The translations under genes and the position numbers were made by a program. From contig JBHGNT010000014.1 in NCBI GenBank assembly GCA_043228905.1, positions 11,842,001 to 11,906,000 on the forward strand: 64,000 nucleotides of DNA, given 5' to 3'. Positions 61,201 to 64,000 of this stretch are shown here, one piece after another. Origin of the DNA: Azolla caroliniana. Its lineage: Eukaryota; Plantae; Polypodiophyta. The notes beneath the pieces were generated by a model that saw nothing but the letters and a program-made list of their open reading frames with translations, ran no database searches and had not been told where the DNA came from. Numbering within the stretch: position 1 is the first letter of the stretch; each line of letters begins with the position of its first letter.

Positions 61201-61758
61201 GACCGGACTACGCACAGTTCGGTAACCGGGTACATGCCGATAGAGCTCATGTTCGGCCAGAGGCCGATCATGCCGATGGAACGAACAATCTCCTCATGGG
61301 CAACGGTCGACTGGAGGGACGAGATGAGCCGGGAGGAGTTGTTGGCAGCGCGTATACGACAACTCGAACGGAGACCGGAGGACGTGGAGACGGCTGCAGA
61401 AAGGATCCGAGTGGCGAGGATAAAGAACAAAGCCAGGTTCGACCGAACGCACCGACTCCGACCGAAGGAGATCGAACAAGGTGACTGGGTGCTCGTCTAC
61501 GACAGCAGCCTCGACAACCAGCACCGAGCAACGCGGAAGTTCGCACGGAGATGGTTCGGGCCGTACACGGTACAGAGCGCCAACGACAACGGGACGTATC
61601 ATCTAGCGGAACTCGACGGTACGAGAATAGCGATACCCGTGGCCGGGAAGAGGATCAAAGCTTTCAAGAAGCGGCACGACGACGAACCCGACCCGATTCT
61701 CCTGGACAGCAGCGACGACCGATCCGAGGCCGAGGAAGGGCCGGCAGGCGAAGAGTAA
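58261..61758 (+). CDS. pol: Pol (RT-RNase H-integrase) of element I, probably reached by -1 frameshift
   Basis: Frame open from 58255 to 61758; RT DLYSGYDQF/FLDD, RNase H VDTS, integrase H..H..CESC, VDL, ADRGE, NGKVER, FGPY. Confidence 0.93.
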   Translation, partial: GFLERAAKAWGRDSPDTPGKPHTCTIKPKKPCTIGREFLFSDSGACTIVGIGGREKTKAEGRLRACGVLGPDEEINGAVEAVSFDDTLGMLGRVVEEGLNEDRTIPVCSEEMYEVIADFGRGLESVRTAHVSTKYKTVDRKVRPVAAPLPEDSASRIKGVASDPSLRDPACIGHTFTDETLRELKIGGGGFLLPAEEDRFRRMLGRHGKAFAFSPEEIGCVDPTIVEPMVIFTVPHVPWNLKPIPVPRAHIPKLMELLRQKVDMGILEPSSAPYSNRWFTVPKKNGSLRFIQDLQPVNRVTIQNAGIGPTIDEFAEAFAGRSIYSVGDLYSGYDQFQLAVESRDITTMRTPLGLVRMCTLPQRGTNSVAHMVNAMNKVLRDCIPDITMPFLDDIPIKGCPVEEKDETIGLDGCRRFVATHIDDCEKVLQRLEDARLTFSGEKSAFGQSEIMVVGHLCGPYGRKPSPAKVEAISAMKPDCSSVTEVRRFLGACAFYHIWIPHYAHVAEPLYGLLKKGRRFEWLDEHAGSVRKLKEALAAAPALRKAVYGKGTPVFITVDTSPTGIGWVVNQEDEDGNRFPIRFGAKVLSERQQGYAQVKRELWGIVSAVKADKDYLIGTEVIIETDCLPILGMVSGCATPDLAMLRWIAYIKSLDPEIRHISGKDNAMADMLSRARFDDEGGMVSEDEEVGVDFFEAAYITTDGMSTPALNEFDASKYDGEWLQIGGFLKTMTPDASWTKDEANRIRKKAYRFFLRDGHLWKHPKKRNGVPLRVVAMKEEQEELLEAYHDSPWAGHRGTWATFEKLKGKYWWPGLYRDVHRFVSTCESCQMHSIVRHRDGLRPTYPPTIHFKWMVDLVTMPMGVGQMRYLVLAREDLTNQVEGRALQNKTTAAVCRFLIEDVICRYGCVGKIVADRGELDAEEAAELFDRLGVKLSLTTAYNPEANGKVERGHGPIVKALVRACGGQVGNWPRLLPYALWADRTTHSSVTGYMPIELMFGQRPIMPMERTISSWATVDWRDEMSREELLAARIRQLERRPEDVETAAERIRVARIKNKARFDRTHRLRPKEIEQGDWVLVYDSSLDNQHRATRKFARRWFGPYTVQSANDNGTYHLAELDGTRIAIPVAGKRIKAFKKRHDDEPDPILLDSSDDRSEAEEGPAGEE

Positions 61759-64000
61759 AGGCGGGCCGGTTTTCTCCGTGCCAACTTAATTTGGCGCATG
61801 CCGGTGGATGCGCGGTTAGGTGGGGGCGGATGTCGTGAAGAAAACCGCCCACAAGAGGAATCGGAGGAACAAGGCGTGGGAAACGGCTCTACACACACAC
61901 GCGCGCCAAGAAGTACCTAAGGACGAAGTAGGTACATACGAGGATCCTAGGTGGGTAGATTCGGTTGGTATGCAGTTAATGCCAAACGGCCTCTTGACGG
62001 GCTATAAAAAGGAAGAGGAAGACTAGAAGTGGGGTATCTCGCGCGGAGAGGACGAAGTGCTGCCGAACCGATTTCGGAGCTTCTCTCTCACTCCTGCCTT
62101 CTCTGTCTTCTGCTCCATCGCGTACCTGTGCAGGTTTCGAGGAGGCTTGCGCTGTTCCGTGGAACGCCCCGAGCGCGTCCTGCAGCACCTCCGACCTGTT
62201 TTCCCTTTCTGTGCGTCGCGACATACAGGGGTCGGCATCTGTTCGCCGCCCTGTTCGTTTTCGTTAGTATCTATTTCGTGCCCCACCGTGGGTTGTAATA
62301 CTTTAGTCTGTTATTTTCTTGCATTCATAAGTACATATCTTTCGTTGTTGCGTCCATCTGCGTCGGCGTTTATTTGTGATCTCTGTTTGTTGGGCCGTGT
62401 CCCTATGCAATCTTCGGTTCTGTGTAATCGGGTCTCTCTCTCTTACTCCTCTTTCTCTTGCTCTTCGGTCCAAGACCCCCGTGGTCCCTCCTCCTTTCTG
62501 CACGCAAGGGCGTAGCAACCCCGACACCGTGTACTACGCTAGCCGACGGCTCTCGACCGCGGAAAAGAATTACTCCACCACCGAGCGGGAGGCCCTCGGT
62601 ATGATTTATAGCATCAATAAATTCCGGCATTACCTCTTGGGCTGGAAATTTACCTTTCACGTGGATCACTCGGCCCTTCTTTATTTGGTCAATAAACAAG
62701 CCCTCATCGGACGGTTGGCTCGGTGGATGCTCCTACTCCAAGAGTTTGATTTCCAGATTCAGCATCAACTCGGGGTACAACATGCCGTCGCCGACTACTT
62801 ATGTCGTCTTGAGTCAGGGGAACCGGCGAAAACAACGTACGACGAACTACCGGACGCCAGCCTATTTAACCTGACCACGATGTCAGACGATAATGAAGAT
62901 GAATGGATCACGGAGATGACCCATTTTCTCACTACCGGTTTACCTCCCGAGCACATGCCCCTTGACACGAGAAAACGCCTAGCAGTGCGTAGCCGGAATT
63001 TTTGCCTTGTCTCGGACATTCTCTACCACAAAGGCTCGGATGGCATATGGCGTTGAGCGATTCGGCAATTCGAGTAGAACGCCGTTCTTCAGGAGGCCCA
63101 CCAGGGAGTAGCTGGGGGGCACTATGCCGGGGATTCCACGGCAAGGAAAGTTTGGCAAAGCGGATTGTGGTGGCCGACAACAAAGAGAGACGCTCACGAG
63201 TTTTGCCGGCAGTGCGATTTGTGCCAACGACTGGGGCAACCAATGGAACAGTCACGCATGCCACACCAGCCAATTCTTCCGTTGGACCCATTTCAAAAAT
63301 GGGGTTAGGATTTTGTAGGCCCTTTCAAACCACCCGTGGCCCGTACAGGGAATAGGTATATTATCGTTGCCACGGATTACTGCACCAAATGGGTCGAGGC
63401 TAAGGCACTCCGAGACAACACGGCGGCATCCACGGCTAAATTCGTGTACGAGCACCTCTAGTGCCGTTACGGATGCCCAATCGAGCTTGTTAGTGACCAA
63501 GGTGGGCACTTCATCAATCATATAATACGTGAGCTTACACACCACTACGCGGTGGCGCACAAGAAAAGCACACCATACTACCCGCAGGCGAACGGCTTGG
63601 CGGAATCGACCAATAAAATCCTCCAAACCATACTGAAGAAGATCGTCAATGAAAACAGGACCGATTGGGATGACAAACTCTAGAGCGCGTTGTGGGCGTA
63701 TCGTACGACTTTCAAAGCACGGCTCCCCGAGGCCCAATCCGAGCAATACCGGCTGGAACAACTCCTCGAACTCGGCGAAGACAGGCTTGAGAGTATGGCC
63801 CAGCTCAAACAACGCCAACGACAACGCAAGGCTTTCGTGGATCGACATCGAAACGGGCTGGAAAAGGAGCTCACCATCGGCAAACCGGTTCTTCTTTTTC
63901 AAACACGACTCGGGTCTATGCCAGGAAATTAAGATTTCGGTGGACCGGTCCATTATGGATTATCGACGAGTTCAACGGGACGTTCCAGCTCGGCACACTC

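Larger units (their letters stand above)
55405..62526 (+). mobile_element. Element I: intact, very young tRNA-Trp-primed Ty3/gypsy
   Basis: 696-bp LTRs 55405-56100 and 61831-62526 (one mismatch seen); 4-bp TSD CCGT; PBS 56104-56120; two intact ORFs; splits G's WYRP/VYYASR RNase H motif. Confidence 0.97.
45842..64000 (+). mobile_element. Element G: degenerate Athila/Tat-like gypsy related to C, interrupted by H and I; 3' end beyond the window
   Basis: 5' LTR about 45842-46299 (start uncertain by 3 nt); PBS 46305-46322; gag 46493-47011 plus 52364-53300; PR-RT 53315-54928; RH/INT 55265-55404 plus 62531-64000. Confidence 0.92.

Overview
Eukaryotic, land-plant genomic DNA. The retroelement mix (Tcn1-like chromovirus, tRNA-Trp-primed non-chromovirus gypsy, Athila/Tat-like gypsy) suggests a non-seed plant such as a fern or lycophyte; this is inference. 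One clear host gene is present: an intronless non-RD G-type (S-domain) lectin receptor kinase at 32220-34814 (-), in an AT-rich island with MITEs and local duplications. Two four-level nests of LTR retrotransposons flank it, resolved here by LTR pairs and target-site duplications (TSDs). Left nest: old copia J contains gypsy A and copia D; D contains gypsy B, solo LTR K and a hAT element; B's 3' LTR contains gypsy C. Right nest: chromovirus F contains chromovirus E, which contains gypsy G, which contains copia H and gypsy I. Most striking observation: element C has no polypurine tract (PPT). Instead it carries a sense-strand copy of a tRNA-Arg 3' end, including CCA, 2 nt before the 3' LTR. This is an inverted second primer-binding site (PBS) and suggests tRNA-primed plus-strand synthesis. 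Other signals: a -1 frameshift site plus pseudoknot between protease and RT in intact element I; shared CCGT(G) target sites with 4-bp TSDs in the Trp-primed family; a covarying pre-PPT hairpin; a ~1000-codon extra ORF in C; heat-shock elements and tRNA-like A/B boxes in chromovirus LTRs. All coordinates and mismatch counts were read by eye. tRNA identities come from recalled plant tRNA sequences and need checking.
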